64,000 nt of DNA from positions 1-64,000 of the IMG/VR virus record IMGVR_UViG_3300025133_000044. The stretch is one strand, 5' to 3'. The notes below the pieces were generated by a model. That model did no database searches. It was not told where the DNA came from and saw nothing but the letters and a program-made list of their open reading frames with translations. Both the position numbers and the translations under genes were made by a program. The stretch is from a virus. This document shows, one piece after another, positions 18,345 to 28,660 of this stretch (its first letter is position 1; every line of letters starts with the position of its first letter).

Positions 18345-21300
18345 TTATCCCAACATTTTAAAAGAATGTCTAATCGATCTCGTACTAAATCCCCAATCCT
18401 CATTGTGATCAAGTTTAGCTGCGTACGGCCTGTTTAATTGTACAATTCCCCTATCGTGGTCTTTGACACCCCAACATCGAATTGTTGTCATAGTAGAAGT
18501 ATCGTCAATTACCTTCAAGATCCAATAAGTTTTACCGTTTTTAGTCTTCTTACTAATCTTCTCTCTTGGGATGAACCAGGCGACGCCCAATCTTTTATCC
18601 CATTTTGCGATGGGTGGAACTTTCCACTTGTCTATGGATTCAAGGATGTTATCAGTCATGACCAACTCAAATGGGAAAAGGCCTGTCAGCGAAGATACAT
18701 ATTCAATCTTTTCTTCACGCGTGAAGTCCTTTTCTGGAGAATATAGATCTATATTTTCCCGAAGTCTTTTGAGGTTTTTAGGCCGGTCTTGGATACATGC
18801 CATCCAAAAATGCTTACATCCAGTAAACCTTTCATCAATAATACTGTCAAGGGCGCCGGAGCGACACAACGCGTCCAAGGCCCTTTTGTTCAACTTAGAA
18901 TATACGACATCTTCATTAAATAATAATTCCTCGGGTGTCGTGAACGGTCTATTGTTGATGATCTGTTCAATTGCCTTGTCTCCTAACCCCTTAATAGAGC
19001 TAAAAGGTTGAATGAGAGTTTTCCCATCTTTTGTAAGTTCCCATTGAGCCGTAGAAGTGTTGATATCTATCCCTTGAATATCGAAGCCATGCTTTCGTGC
19101 GAGACTTATAGCTGCTTCTTTGCGGGTTTCAGGTTCCTTATCAAGAAAAGCTGCCATCCAACATTCTGGAAAATAATTTAATAAGTAGGCACACTGGTAA
19201 GATAGAATAGAATAAGAAACTGCATGAGATTTGTTGAAGCCATAGCCGGAAAAATATTCAAAATTCTGCCACATCCTCTCTGCGGTAGAGCGATCGATCT
19301 TCTTTTCCATGCATCCAAGAATAAATCTATGTTGGAGTTTTTCTTTCTCTTCTGAAACTTCTCCCGTTCCTTTCTTGGTTAGTAGTTTTCTTAGTTTGTT
19401 ACCGTCGTCAAGAGAAATGTTCTTTCCAAGCTTATGCGCCAGTATGGCAATTTGCTCTTGGAAAATCAAGAACCCTGCAGTCTCTTCTGTATGTTCTTTA
19501 ACAATTTTATGAGGATACATGATATCCTTAAAATTCTTTTTCCTTGAAACGTATTCTTTAGCGACGCCGGCACTTAAAGGTCCTGGACGGTAAATAGATG
19601 TAATGGCGGAAATATCAATTATGTTATTGGGGCTAGCTTTCTTACAAAAGTTTTGGGCGCCTCCGTTTGTAAACTGAAAAATCCCAACAAACTTGCCCTT
19701 ATGAAAGATATTCTTATACACTTTTTGGTCGTCGAGATCAATAACGTCTGGATGTATATTATTATCATAGTACTCCTTAATATTCTTATAAGAAGGATTC
19801 TCAACACCATGATGTCTTCTTAAGACATGGCCGATCGCTGACTGGATCATTTCTAAAGTAGTGAGGCCAAGCAAATCAAATTTGATAAACCCAAGCGGCT
19901 CCAGATGGCGTACGTTCTGTCCCTCTGACCATGGAGTTTGGATAACTCCCTTGGAGCAGATTAACGGCATATGTTTATCCAAGTCCTCGCCGATTACAAC
20001 ACCTCCTGCGTGTCGACTAGTCGATCTGACTTGGCCTACGAGAGCTTCGGCGTGCGTCTTAATGTGAGGATATTTGTAAAGAAATCTCTGCAAGGAATCT
20101 GAATATTCCATAACTTCCTCGAAGGTAGGAACATATACTCCTGCTTTGATGCCATGTTTTGCTTTCGCCTTCGGTGTGGCTTCGCGAACCATTACATTCG
20201 TCACATTATTGACTTCGGTAAAATCAACACCGTAGAATTTACCGATATCTTTGATAAGCGATCGCAACTGCAACGTATTATAATTAGAAATAGGAACAAC
20301 CGCAGTCTCTCCCCAGGCCTCTGCTAAAATTTCTTTAAGCCCGAAAGCGTCGCTGACGTCATAGTCAATGTCAGGGTAATCTTTGGCGTCAGAGCGTAAA
20401 AATCGGCTAAACAGTAAACCATGTTTGATCGGATCAACCTGCGTGATCCCCAATACGTAAGCGACGAGAGAACCAGCAGCAGATCCGCGGCCCGGGCCGG
20501 AGAGCATATTTTCATTCGCTTTGTCAGCGATCGCCTTCATCGTTAAAAAGTATTTACTAAACCCTCTGTTGTCGATAACTCCCATTTCATGCCGAAGTCT
20601 TTTGATATATTGTTTATCCTCATGTAAGTTTCGGGCACGAAGGCCAGTAATACAAGCTTTGGTCAAAGCTTCTGTAGCTGTGGCGCCGTCCGGAACGACA
20701 AATTCAGGGAGCCTCACTGTATCGTCGGGCATGAAATCGCTAATCCTCTCATTGGCAATCCAGTGAGTTTTTACGAGTGAATCGTAAATTAAATCATCGT
20801 CATACTCGACTTCACACTCCTCAGAATATTTTTTATAAGAAGCCCACATCTGGTCACCATTTTTTGGATACAATTCCATACCAAGTTCATCAACATCAAT
20901 TGGTAATTCTGACGTCAACCATTCTGGCTTGCTCGTTTTGCCTAACCACCCAAGACGCTTGTATAGCTCTCTGTCTTTAAACGCGTCCGGACTTGGGTAG
21001 TGGCTGTCGGCAGTTGAAATTAGCTCGATACCAAACTCTTTTTGCATCTGGATAACGTATTTGTTTAACCTGTGCTGTTCCGGCACATTGTTCCACTGTA
21101 GTTCACCGTACCACCTGTCTCCAAGGGTAGCGACCATCTTCTTCGTTGTCTCGCGCATCGCGTTTAAGATTGCGTCTTCGTCTTCTCCAATCTTCTTGGT
21201 TTTTGTTTTACCATTCTCGTCGACATACTCTTTATAGATACAGTTGTCCCAGTAGTCTCCAGCGTATACACCGCCGAGGCATGCGGAGGAGGCCATGATA

Positions 21301-21833
21301 CCTTCTCCATATTCCTCAAGCATCTTATAGTCTAGGCGTGGATATCGATAGAAATTATCTCCCTGGTGAGAGTCAGAAACAATCTTATATATGTTATTTA
21401 AGCCTTTTTGATTTAATGCAACAAGTACAAGATGCCTTCTAGAATTGATTCTATTTTTTGTCTTCTGCTTTGAGGCTGACTCGTCCTCGGCTGCAACCTT
21501 GTCGGTGTCATTAATAACTTTTTTGGCTTGCTTTTTATCCGTTTTAACCCTTTCATATTCCTCTTTCCACTCTTTGATGGAAGGAATAAAATAGGCTTCA
21601 ACGCCAAAGATTGGTTTAAATTGTTTACCCTCTTTCTTCATTTTTTTTGCATGAAGAACTTGATGTGAAAGCCCATTCATATTTCCGTGGTCGGTTAAAG
21701 CCAGGGCGCCCATGCCATTTTGGTATGCAAAGTCCATGTGCTCCGGCGGGTACCCGAATCCGTCGAATACAGACCCCGCGACACTATGCGCATGAAGGCC
21801 CACAAACGGGATTTTAGATTTAATTCGTTCCAT
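18345..21833 (-). CDS. dnaE: DNA polymerase III alpha subunit (family C)
   Basis: PHP domain (LHAHS, TDHG, ADSHY), GRGSAAGSLVAY, PDIDYD, HAGGVVI, KFDLLGL, YGFNKSH. Confidence 0.97.
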   Translation of the reverse strand: MERIKSKIPFVGLHAHSVAGSVFDGFGYPPEHMDFAYQNGMGALALTDHGNMNGLSHQVLHAKKMKKEGKQFKPIFGVEAYFIPSIKEWKEEYERVKTDKKQAKKVINDTDKVAAEDESASKQKTKNRINSRRHLVLVALNQKGLNNIYKIVSDSHQGDNFYRYPRLDYKMLEEYGEGIMASSACLGGVYAGDYWDNCIYKEYVDENGKTKTKKIGEDEDAILNAMRETTKKMVATLGDRWYGELQWNNVPEQHRLNKYVIQMQKEFGIELISTADSHYPSPDAFKDRELYKRLGWLGKTSKPEWLTSELPIDVDELGMELYPKNGDQMWASYKKYSEECEVEYDDDLIYDSLVKTHWIANERISDFMPDDTVRLPEFVVPDGATATEALTKACITGLRARNLHEDKQYIKRLRHEMGVIDNRGFSKYFLTMKAIADKANENMLSGPGRGSAAGSLVAYVLGITQVDPIKHGLLFSRFLRSDAKDYPDIDYDVSDAFGLKEILAEAWGETAVVPISNYNTLQLRSLIKDIGKFYGVDFTEVNNVTNVMVREATPKAKAKHGIKAGVYVPTFEEVMEYSDSLQRFLYKYPHIKTHAEALVGQVRSTSRHAGGVVIGEDLDKHMPLICSKGVIQTPWSEGQNVRHLEPLGFIKFDLLGLTTLEMIQSAIGHVLRRHHGVENPSYKNIKEYYDNNIHPDVIDLDDQKVYKNIFHKGKFVGIFQFTNGGAQNFCKKASPNNIIDISAITSIYRPGPLSAGVAKEYVSRKKNFKDIMYPHKIVKEHTEETAGFLIFQEQIAILAHKLGKNISLDDGNKLRKLLTKKGTGEVSEEKEKLQHRFILGCMEKKIDRSTAERMWQNFEYFSGYGFNKSHAVSYSILSYQCAYLLNYFPECWMAAFLDKEPETRKEAAISLARKHGFDIQGIDINTSTAQWELTKDGKTLIQPFSSIKGLGDKAIEQIINNRPFTTPEELLFNEDVVYSKLNKRALDALCRSGALDSIIDERFTGCKHFWMACIQDRPKNLKRLRENIDLYSPEKDFTREEKIEYVSSLTGLFPFELVMTDNILESIDKWKVPPIAKWDKRLGVAWFIPREKISKKTKNGKTYWILKVIDDTSTMTTIRCWGVKDHDRGIVQLNRPYAAKLDHNEDWGFSTRSIRHSFKMLG

Positions 21834-21850
21834 TTAACTTCTCCTTTATA

Positions 21851-21879
21851 AGAATATAAAAACATTTAAGATAAGTCAA
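21851..21879 (-). promoter_or_regulatory. sigma70-like promoter upstream of dnaE
   Basis: TTGACT-17nt-TATTCT, then AAAGGAG SD. Confidence 0.6.
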
Positions 21880-22724
21880 TCATCTTTTCCTATTTCATTC
21901 CATTCACCATGGTTTAAAATTAATGGCTTTTTATACTGTATGTCCTGAGACAGGAAATTACAATAGTTTTCCCAATTGCTTATATCGTGATAGTTCTCTA
22001 CATTACAAACTTTGTATTTATTTGTTTCTAAAGTATCAAAAACTTGACTTGGTTTAAAGTTTCTATAAGAAAATCTCTCATCTAGTGGTAGTCTCTTATC
22101 ACGAGTATCAGGATTTGACCACATGCCTGTCGATTTCTCGCGTATTTCAGATCTCAATTCTAAAGCTTGCTCCAGCGTGATGTTGAAGCCAAGGTATTTA
22201 TCGTTTTGTATTGTTTTGTCCTGATGAGCTAACATAAAATTTCGATTTAATATATCTTTTCTATGTTCACGTACAGCATGTGGTAAATAACAACCATATG
22301 GCCAAGCTATATAAAATCTTTTTGGAACCAACCAGCTACTTATTGATTTGATAATTTTATTAGCAACAATAACACCATAAATCGCGCTCCAGCTGAGACA
22401 GTCCCTCTTGTTGATATCTTTGATATCAATTGGAACGTAATAAACACGTATAAACCTTTTAAAATCTTTTTTACTATGCTCGAAATGTCGATGGCGGTAA
22501 ACAGGATCTTCTACTTGCTCTCCTACTTGATATCTAATCAAAGGTTGTACATCGTCACTGCATATCAACCATATTGTTGAACAACCAGCATAGGCACATT
22601 CAGCCACAGCACGTTCAACAGCTAAATAATTAGGAGAAATAGGCATCAAAGAATCATGCCATGGCATGTCATAATCTAATTTTCTACCAGAAATCGGCAC
22701 TATCCCTGCTATTTGTGCTGACAC
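21876..22724 (-). CDS. sugar-phosphate nucleotidyltransferase-like (NTP_transferase fold) protein
   Basis: GIVPISG...P..LMPI...VERAV.E...AGC..I N-terminus; divergent. Confidence 0.6.
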   Translation of the reverse strand: MSAQIAGIVPISGRKLDYDMPWHDSLMPISPNYLAVERAVAECAYAGCSTIWLICSDDVQPLIRYQVGEQVEDPVYRHRHFEHSKKDFKRFIRVYYVPIDIKDINKRDCLSWSAIYGVIVANKIIKSISSWLVPKRFYIAWPYGCYLPHAVREHRKDILNRNFMLAHQDKTIQNDKYLGFNITLEQALELRSEIREKSTGMWSNPDTRDKRLPLDERFSYRNFKPSQVFDTLETNKYKVCNVENYHDISNWENYCNFLSQDIQYKKPLILNHGEWNEIGKDD

Positions 22725-23446
22725 GCAGCCCCCATCAAAAATATATCATTTTGATTCTCACCACAGATCTTTTTTATCGGATATATATCTCGCTTCCACA
22801 GTCGTAAATTAGGTTTCTCGATCCCGATCTGTTTCAATTGCTCAATAATTTTGAATCTTGCTATTGTATCAGTGTAATTTACATCGTTTATTTGTTCCAA
22901 TGTTAAGATTGATTCAGCAACGATGTCTTTATGTGCACGGGATCCATCAATCCTCGTAGAATCAAAAAAGGATATTTTTTTAATGAAATCTGAACTCAGA
23001 TCTTCTAAAGATTCTACATCGACTTTACCGCCAGTAGTATGGACATCAAACCAATCTAACACACGGTAACGTAGAATTTCCTGACTAAATACATCTTCCA
23101 CCCCTAAAACATTTTCCAAATCAAATATATAAAGCTTGTCGTAACCAACAAGAGACCTCATCTCATTTTTGGTGAAAACTTTAACGAGTTTCTCTTTTCT
23201 ATCAATACGAAGCGTTTTAATTGTGTTGGAAAAAGGATTCTTACCTTCTTGATAGAGCCTATAAGAGGTCTTTGCCCAGGTCTCTTCTAACGTAGAATCA
23301 AATTCAGAACATGAAGGTTGATAAGAATGGAAGTGAGGATCACAATTAAACAATATGTGATTCTTGTTTTTAAAGGCAAATCGTACTGCATCTAATTCAC
23401 TCCCCACAACTGTGTGAGCCCAATGAAAATCAGCAACCACACCCAT
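22709..23446 (-). CDS. hypothetical protein, possible degenerate Rossmann N-terminus
   Basis: TVVGSELDAVRFA. Confidence 0.7.
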   Translation of the reverse strand: MGVVADFHWAHTVVGSELDAVRFAFKNKNHILFNCDPHFHSYQPSCSEFDSTLEETWAKTSYRLYQEGKNPFSNTIKTLRIDRKEKLVKVFTKNEMRSLVGYDKLYIFDLENVLGVEDVFSQEILRYRVLDWFDVHTTGGKVDVESLEDLSSDFIKKISFFDSTRIDGSRAHKDIVAESILTLEQINDVNYTDTIARFKIIEQLKQIGIEKPNLRLWKRDIYPIKKICGENQNDIFLMGAACQHK

Positions 23447-24080
23447 TTATCTCACATTCTTTTTTCTGTTTAATGATATTCTTGTGCCACTTCTTAAGCA
23501 GTCGGTAGTGCTTGGGGACTTGACGGCATCTATTATTTTTTGTAGGGTAGCGTATTGCTCTCACCCAAGCAGCAATCCATATTCTCTTGTCGGTGCGATA
23601 CTTGCATGTTCTTTTGATAAATTTAATTTGTTTCGTGATATGGCGCATCCACGCATCTGCAGCCTCAACCGGATTTCTCCTGTCAATGCCATAGCCATGA
23701 GATTTCTTTTCCCACCAAGGCCACATCTGAAAAAGACCCACTGCCATTGGAGTCTTCCCATTTTTACTAAATTTTCTATCGCCCAAAGCATTAGGGTTGT
23801 AACCTGACTCTTGGCATGCGGCAGCAAGTATTAAACCTTTTAGCTCTGCAGGGGGGTTATACTTCTTTTCAACTGCTATCAATTTATCTAGCAGTTCATA
23901 ATCAACCTTATCCGAGTCGGTAAACCTACAATTGAAGACTGCTTCGTTTAGGATATCCTCGTAAGTCATTGAGGCGCTAGCGTCAAGCTTAATAGGTTTA
24001 GTATACTCTTTTTCAGGTGTTGTAGCCTCTGTTAGATTAGCAGTTGGGATTAAAAGTATTAAAGGTAAAATGTAATTCAT
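23430..24080 (-). CDS. lytic transglycosylase (SLT-like) with signal peptide
   Basis: LILAAACQESGYNPNA, AVGLFQM; hydrophobic N-terminus. Confidence 0.8.
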   Translation of the reverse strand: MNYILPLILLIPTANLTEATTPEKEYTKPIKLDASASMTYEDILNEAVFNCRFTDSDKVDYELLDKLIAVEKKYNPPAELKGLILAAACQESGYNPNALGDRKFSKNGKTPMAVGLFQMWPWWEKKSHGYGIDRRNPVEAADAWMRHITKQIKFIKRTCKYRTDKRIWIAAWVRAIRYPTKNNRCRQVPKHYRLLKKWHKNIIKQKKECEINGCGC

Positions 24081-24086
24081 ATTTTT

Positions 24087-24797
24087 TTATTCTCCGTGAA
24101 CATCAATGTAAGCTTCGATAGCCGTTGGCCATAAGTCTTTAGCTATTGTTAGCATTGCTTTAGCCAGTTGTTGTATTTCCCATTGAGAGCCTTCATGAGT
24201 TCTAAGTTGTATAAATTTAAGTAGATTATTTAAATTGCAAGTGCCATAATATTCTGTGTACATGTTTTGTGGCAATGTTCCCCGGGCCTGCTCTCTACAT
24301 ATGCCCGCTGAAAGTAAAGAATTGTATAGTAGCAAGCTGCGTTCGTGGTGGAGCTTGATCATCTGCACCGCGGAACTGGATGCCCCATGGGGTGTTTTAA
24401 CATAACCAATTATTGGGTTTATCAAACTCTCAGAATCGCTAGATTGTCTGTTAGATTCGTGCTGAGTTCTATAACCACGGGGTTCATAAAATTCAAGATT
24501 GAAATCGGTATATCTTCTGCTGATTTCATTGTAGGACCAAGTTCTATGACGATGATGTTGTGATCGTATGAATAAAGGCACCTTAATTCGAAAAGTTAAA
24601 ACATTGTGTTCGAACGTGCTCGTATGCTTATGCTTGACAAGATATTCAATTAACTTTTTATCTTTTTTATCTAGCTTATCCTTCTGCTTCCCAAAAGACA
24701 CACGAGCACTGTTGACAATAGTCAAATCCGTACCCATGTGGTCGACAAGCTCAACGTAACCTAATTCGTCATCGTATAACTCAATTTTTGTTTTCAT
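24087..24797 (-). CDS. thyX: flavin-dependent thymidylate synthase
   Basis: NSARVS, H.S.FEH, RHRTWSYNEISRRY, REQAR..LP, Q.EI. Confidence 0.96.
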   Translation of the reverse strand: MKTKIELYDDELGYVELVDHMGTDLTIVNSARVSFGKQKDKLDKKDKKLIEYLVKHKHTSTFEHNVLTFRIKVPLFIRSQHHRHRTWSYNEISRRYTDFNLEFYEPRGYRTQHESNRQSSDSESLINPIIGYVKTPHGASSSAVQMIKLHHERSLLLYNSLLSAGICREQARGTLPQNMYTEYYGTCNLNNLLKFIQLRTHEGSQWEIQQLAKAMLTIAKDLWPTAIEAYIDVHGE

Positions 24798-25075
24798 GAG
24801 TCCTCAAGTAGAAATCCAATAACGTGATTTTCTAGAATCATATGGTATGTTTTTCCAAAGATGCTTGCTTCCTCAATCATGTGTTTTGGCACTAGTAATT
24901 TTGTACCTTCTTCGAGATGTGAAGAGGCGTGAGGCTTTACTATTTTCACCACGCCATAACGAGAACTATCGATATTAACATTTTCAGGAATCAAGATTGT
25001 TACATCTTGTGATTTCTGTTCTCTAATCGGCTCAACAACCAAATATTTGTTAACGGGAACGAGCATTCTGTTCAA
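24794..25075 (-). CDS. groES: co-chaperonin GroES-like protein
   Basis: LVPVNKYLVVEP..ILIP..G.K.L...Y.MI.E..VIG. Confidence 0.7.
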   Translation of the reverse strand: MNRMLVPVNKYLVVEPIREQKSQDVTILIPENVNIDSSRYGVVKIVKPHASSHLEEGTKLLVPKHMIEEASIFGKTYHMILENHVIGFLLEDS

Positions 25076-25326
25076 GCTCCTGAAATTTTTAAGGTCAGTT
25101 TGTCAAAGTAAGTCTTAAGTTCGTTAATATCGTCCCCCTGCTTAAGCATCCTGTACGCGCGCACGACTTGGCGCATTTCGTTACGAGTTAGCCAGCCGTT
25201 CTGGACATAATTTTTTCTAAGATCTCTCTTGTGTTCCTTGTAAGGTTCCATCTCTTCTTCTACTGCCTTAAACGCCTTGATAAATTCAACCGCATATTCT
25301 TCTTTAGTTGCTTCTTTGTCGCTCAT
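25072..25326 (-). CDS. small helical dsDNA-binding protein (GapR/DUF2312- or T4 DsbA-like)
   Basis: FI...VEEE...KE.KRDL...RQVVRAYR pattern. Confidence 0.55.
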   Translation of the reverse strand: MSDKEATKEEYAVEFIKAFKAVEEEMEPYKEHKRDLRKNYVQNGWLTRNEMRQVVRAYRMLKQGDDINELKTYFDKLTLKISGA

Positions 25327-25388
25327 AGCGACCTCCTTTTATTTTATATTCTAATAATAGCAACGGCATAACAAAAAGTAATTTATAT

Positions 25389-27245
25389 TTAAACTATTTC
25401 GCATGCTCCGCCGCTACAGGCGATTTCTCCGGAAAGATTAGTATTGTCTTCTATTTCAATAATTTTAGACACATCTACCTCCCTCAAAGCCTTATACAGC
25501 TCTTCATATTGTTCTTGTGTACAATCTTCAAATGGAGGTTGTTTATATGTATGTTTTGAATATGGTAAAATAGAAAGCCCGTTATAAATAGACTTATTTT
25601 CCCACATCCATTCTGATACGGCGCGCCATTCGTCTTCTTTTATTGATATGGTCGCAGAAATATTATGAGTATTTTGACCACGCTGGTGGCCAGGTTTAAT
25701 CCATTCCGCAGACATTTTTTTAATTCTTTTTAATAAATCAATTGCTGTTTCTTGTCTGGTGATCGCGCCGGTGGGGGCCTTTTGTGGCACCTCAATAACG
25801 GCCGTGTCGTGAGGTCTAAAAAATTCATCCTTAATCAATTCAGGATGATGTATTACCAAATGAGTATAAATTGGCTCATTCTTACCTACTCTCATTCTTC
25901 GAATATAATATTCATTATGCCAAGCATGAATTCCGCTAGATGTACCTAAAGTCAAAGAAGTCGTCCCAGCTGGTTTTACACAAGTCGTCCGTGCCGACGG
26001 CCTAATGCCTATCTGGCCTGCGACGCGTCGGTTTTCTTTTTTAACCTCTAGAGCAGCAGATTTCATGTCTAAATTTAGTACCGTTCCAGATGCTATACCA
26101 GTCATCGATACACCGATCAAAGCCTCTTTTTCCGTTGTTTTCTTCCAGATATCTCTTAGATAGTGAAAATCAGTATATCCAGCCTGTAAAGTAGCGATAA
26201 AGGTTGCAGCTTTAACTCTATATATTAATTCTTCTTGAGTTTCTATATCCGATGCATTAATTTCTACCAGGTTACAAAACTGGTACGGACGAAGAGCAAT
26301 CTCACAGCAGGGATTAGTACCCCAATCTTTGTCGTTCGAAAAATAAAAACCTGGCTCTCCGCAGCCAGATGCCTTAACTCGTTCCCACAAAGACATGAAG
26401 TAATCATGAGTTATACGGTGACGAAGCAGCACTACAGAATTGTTAGCTCGTCCTCTTTGTGGGTTTGCTTCCCACCAATTGCCTGCTTTTGCGGCCAGCA
26501 TCTCTTCGTCATCAGCTGAAAAAAGTGAAATAAGAGCAGCGCGACGAATCCCCCCGGCAAGAACAGCATCAGCAATATGACAAATGATATCATGAACTTC
26601 GATTGGTTCAAGCTGATCTCCCAAATCTTTTTCATCTAAGATTCCTTTGATTTTTAATAAGCACTCTTTAAGAGGCTGCGGACCGGGTGCTTTGCCTCCA
26701 GAAGTAATTAGTCTGGCGCCCTTCGGGCGGATGTCGCTAAAATCAAAACGTATTTTAGAGCCGCCCTTAAAATAAGAATTTACCAAAACTTTAACTGCGT
26801 CAGCCCATCCTTCGATTGAATCGCCTACAAGAAAACGACGAGTTCTTTTTGTACTAAGGCCTTGAATTTCGGGGAGTTTTTCAACATGATGCTTCTGTAC
26901 TGAATATCCGACACCAGTTCCCCCAAGTAAGAGAAACATGCACTCGCTAAAAGCAGCAGGATGATCGATAGACATGTAAGCACAGTTATATATCCGGTTA
27001 GGAGCCACCTCAATCGGCTTACCCCCGAACTGCATTGATCGCATTGATGGTAGGACTTTCTTTTCATAAACATATTTGTAAACATTTTCAATATCCTCTC
27101 TTAACGAAGGATATTTTTTAATGTGCATTTTTTTATTCCTAGTAACGACTTCTTTCCATGTTTCTCTTCTTTCCTTTTTTGGCAGATATTGTGCATATTT
27201 CATATGTACAGTGATATCAGATAAAATCTTACTAGCTAGTTCCAT
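25389..27245 (-). CDS. nrdJ: class II (B12-dependent) ribonucleotide reductase, monomeric type
   Basis: LPSMR..NC, GGIRRAA, TNPCCEI, TTCVKPAGT, C-terminal CSGGAC. Confidence 0.93.
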   Translation of the reverse strand: MELASKILSDITVHMKYAQYLPKKERRETWKEVVTRNKKMHIKKYPSLREDIENVYKYVYEKKVLPSMRSMQFGGKPIEVAPNRIYNCAYMSIDHPAAFSECMFLLLGGTGVGYSVQKHHVEKLPEIQGLSTKRTRRFLVGDSIEGWADAVKVLVNSYFKGGSKIRFDFSDIRPKGARLITSGGKAPGPQPLKECLLKIKGILDEKDLGDQLEPIEVHDIICHIADAVLAGGIRRAALISLFSADDEEMLAAKAGNWWEANPQRGRANNSVVLLRHRITHDYFMSLWERVKASGCGEPGFYFSNDKDWGTNPCCEIALRPYQFCNLVEINASDIETQEELIYRVKAATFIATLQAGYTDFHYLRDIWKKTTEKEALIGVSMTGIASGTVLNLDMKSAALEVKKENRRVAGQIGIRPSARTTCVKPAGTTSLTLGTSSGIHAWHNEYYIRRMRVGKNEPIYTHLVIHHPELIKDEFFRPHDTAVIEVPQKAPTGAITRQETAIDLLKRIKKMSAEWIKPGHQRGQNTHNISATISIKEDEWRAVSEWMWENKSIYNGLSILPYSKHTYKQPPFEDCTQEQYEELYKALREVDVSKIIEIEDNTNLSGEIACSGGACEIV

Positions 27246-28623
27246 TCGCTGTCTCCCCTCTTCCTTTTCTAAAGTTTTTATATTTTTCTCTCAAATTCTT
27301 GGCCAAATCCTGCGGAGTAGAAGCGCTAACGGCAGCATGCTGCGTATAGTCAACAGCCGTTAAGACCTTCAACTGTACAGTGCTCGTATCAATATACATT
27401 GGGAATACTAGTCCGTCTGGCCCATTGCGATTTTTTGCAATAAACATTCTAGCCGTATTGGCATTTTTATCTCTGATTGTTCGTGAAATAGAACAAATGA
27501 AATCCGCCACAAAACACTTATTGAATGCCTCAGAAATAGATTCCATTGTTACAACCTCCGCGTTTAAGCCCGATCTGTTTGTTTGTGACGCTGTCCAAAC
27601 TGGGCATTTATACTCTTGAGCGAGTGCTCTTAAGTTTTCATAAATAGACTCCAACTCGTTCCTTTTCTCCTTATAATGTGTACATGGTCGGAGCAAATCA
27701 GCGTAATCTACTATAATCATATCGATTTTATGATTTCTTTTTTTTAATTTTTCTATATGCGCCTTTAAAACATTTGGTGTTGCTGTTTTAGTTGGATATT
27801 CCTTGATAATCAACGTTCCGTCTAGGTCGCTAATTGCCTCTAGAACCTCTTCTTTCCTATGAAATAAGGTAGACAATGGAACTTGACTGATGCAGCTGTC
27901 ATAACGCTGGCCTGTGATGCTCTCTGACAATTCTAATGTATAATGTACAACATTTTTGCCAGCCTTGATCGCATGGGCGCCTAAATGTGCGAGAGCCATC
28001 GATTTACCTGCGCCCGTTGGAGCGATTATCACACCAAGTTCGCCTACACCTAATCCATTTCTCGTTAGCTTGTCAATTTTTTCCCATCCAGTGGTGATCG
28101 GATTACGAGCCTTAACTTCATATCTTAGTTCAAAATCTTTTAGAAAGTCATGGCCAAAATTATTGTCTGTTCCTAGTTTTAACGCCTCGTCGATAACCTG
28201 CTTAACTTCATCATATGAAGACATCTGGATTAGATCCACCGACTTCATAAGAGCTTCTTTCAGCTTCTGCTTTTTACAGAAGTCTAGTGAGGTCTCCTTA
28301 ATGTATTGTTCGTCTTGAATCCCCTTAATTGTGATTCTGGCAAAATAATCTCGTACCTGTTTTTGCGTTGCCTCACTTTCGCTGTCAAGCTCTGTTCTAA
28401 AGATTGAAGCAATAATTTTATCAGTTGGATGAACTCCGTACTTTCTTCTGTAACTGTAAATTTGTGAAATGAAAACTCGCAAGTACTGCAGTTCGAAAAA
28501 GTTTGTATTTAATACCTCTTCAAGTTGATCCGCGAAAGGGCGGTCTTGCAAAACCAGTTGAGCCAGAGACTCTTGAAATTGCTTCCCATACTTAGAGAAA
28601 CTAATTTTATCATTTTTAACCAT
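27232..28623 (-). CDS. replicative DnaB-like helicase (T4 gp41-like)
   Basis: APTGAGKS Walker A, LELS, IVDYADL, TASQTNR, KNRNGPDG. Confidence 0.93.
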   Translation of the reverse strand: MVKNDKISFSKYGKQFQESLAQLVLQDRPFADQLEEVLNTNFFELQYLRVFISQIYSYRRKYGVHPTDKIIASIFRTELDSESEATQKQVRDYFARITIKGIQDEQYIKETSLDFCKKQKLKEALMKSVDLIQMSSYDEVKQVIDEALKLGTDNNFGHDFLKDFELRYEVKARNPITTGWEKIDKLTRNGLGVGELGVIIAPTGAGKSMALAHLGAHAIKAGKNVVHYTLELSESITGQRYDSCISQVPLSTLFHRKEEVLEAISDLDGTLIIKEYPTKTATPNVLKAHIEKLKKRNHKIDMIIVDYADLLRPCTHYKEKRNELESIYENLRALAQEYKCPVWTASQTNRSGLNAEVVTMESISEAFNKCFVADFICSISRTIRDKNANTARMFIAKNRNGPDGLVFPMYIDTSTVQLKVLTAVDYTQHAAVSASTPQDLAKNLREKYKNFRKGRGETANGTS

Positions 28624-28660
28624 GTAATAATCCTGTTACTAGAAATTTAAGGACTTCTGC

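Noticed and set aside
10930-27245. Interpretation as a bacterial chromosome fragment (groEL, dnaE, guaB, clpP, rpsU)
   Set aside because: These genes are divergent, lack bacterial operon context and are contiguous and co-oriented with a complete myovirus structural module.
18345-28623. Inteins or self-splicing introns in dnaE, nrdJ or the helicase
   Set aside because: Lengths are normal, ORFs are uninterrupted, and no C...HN-C/S/T intein junctions are evident.
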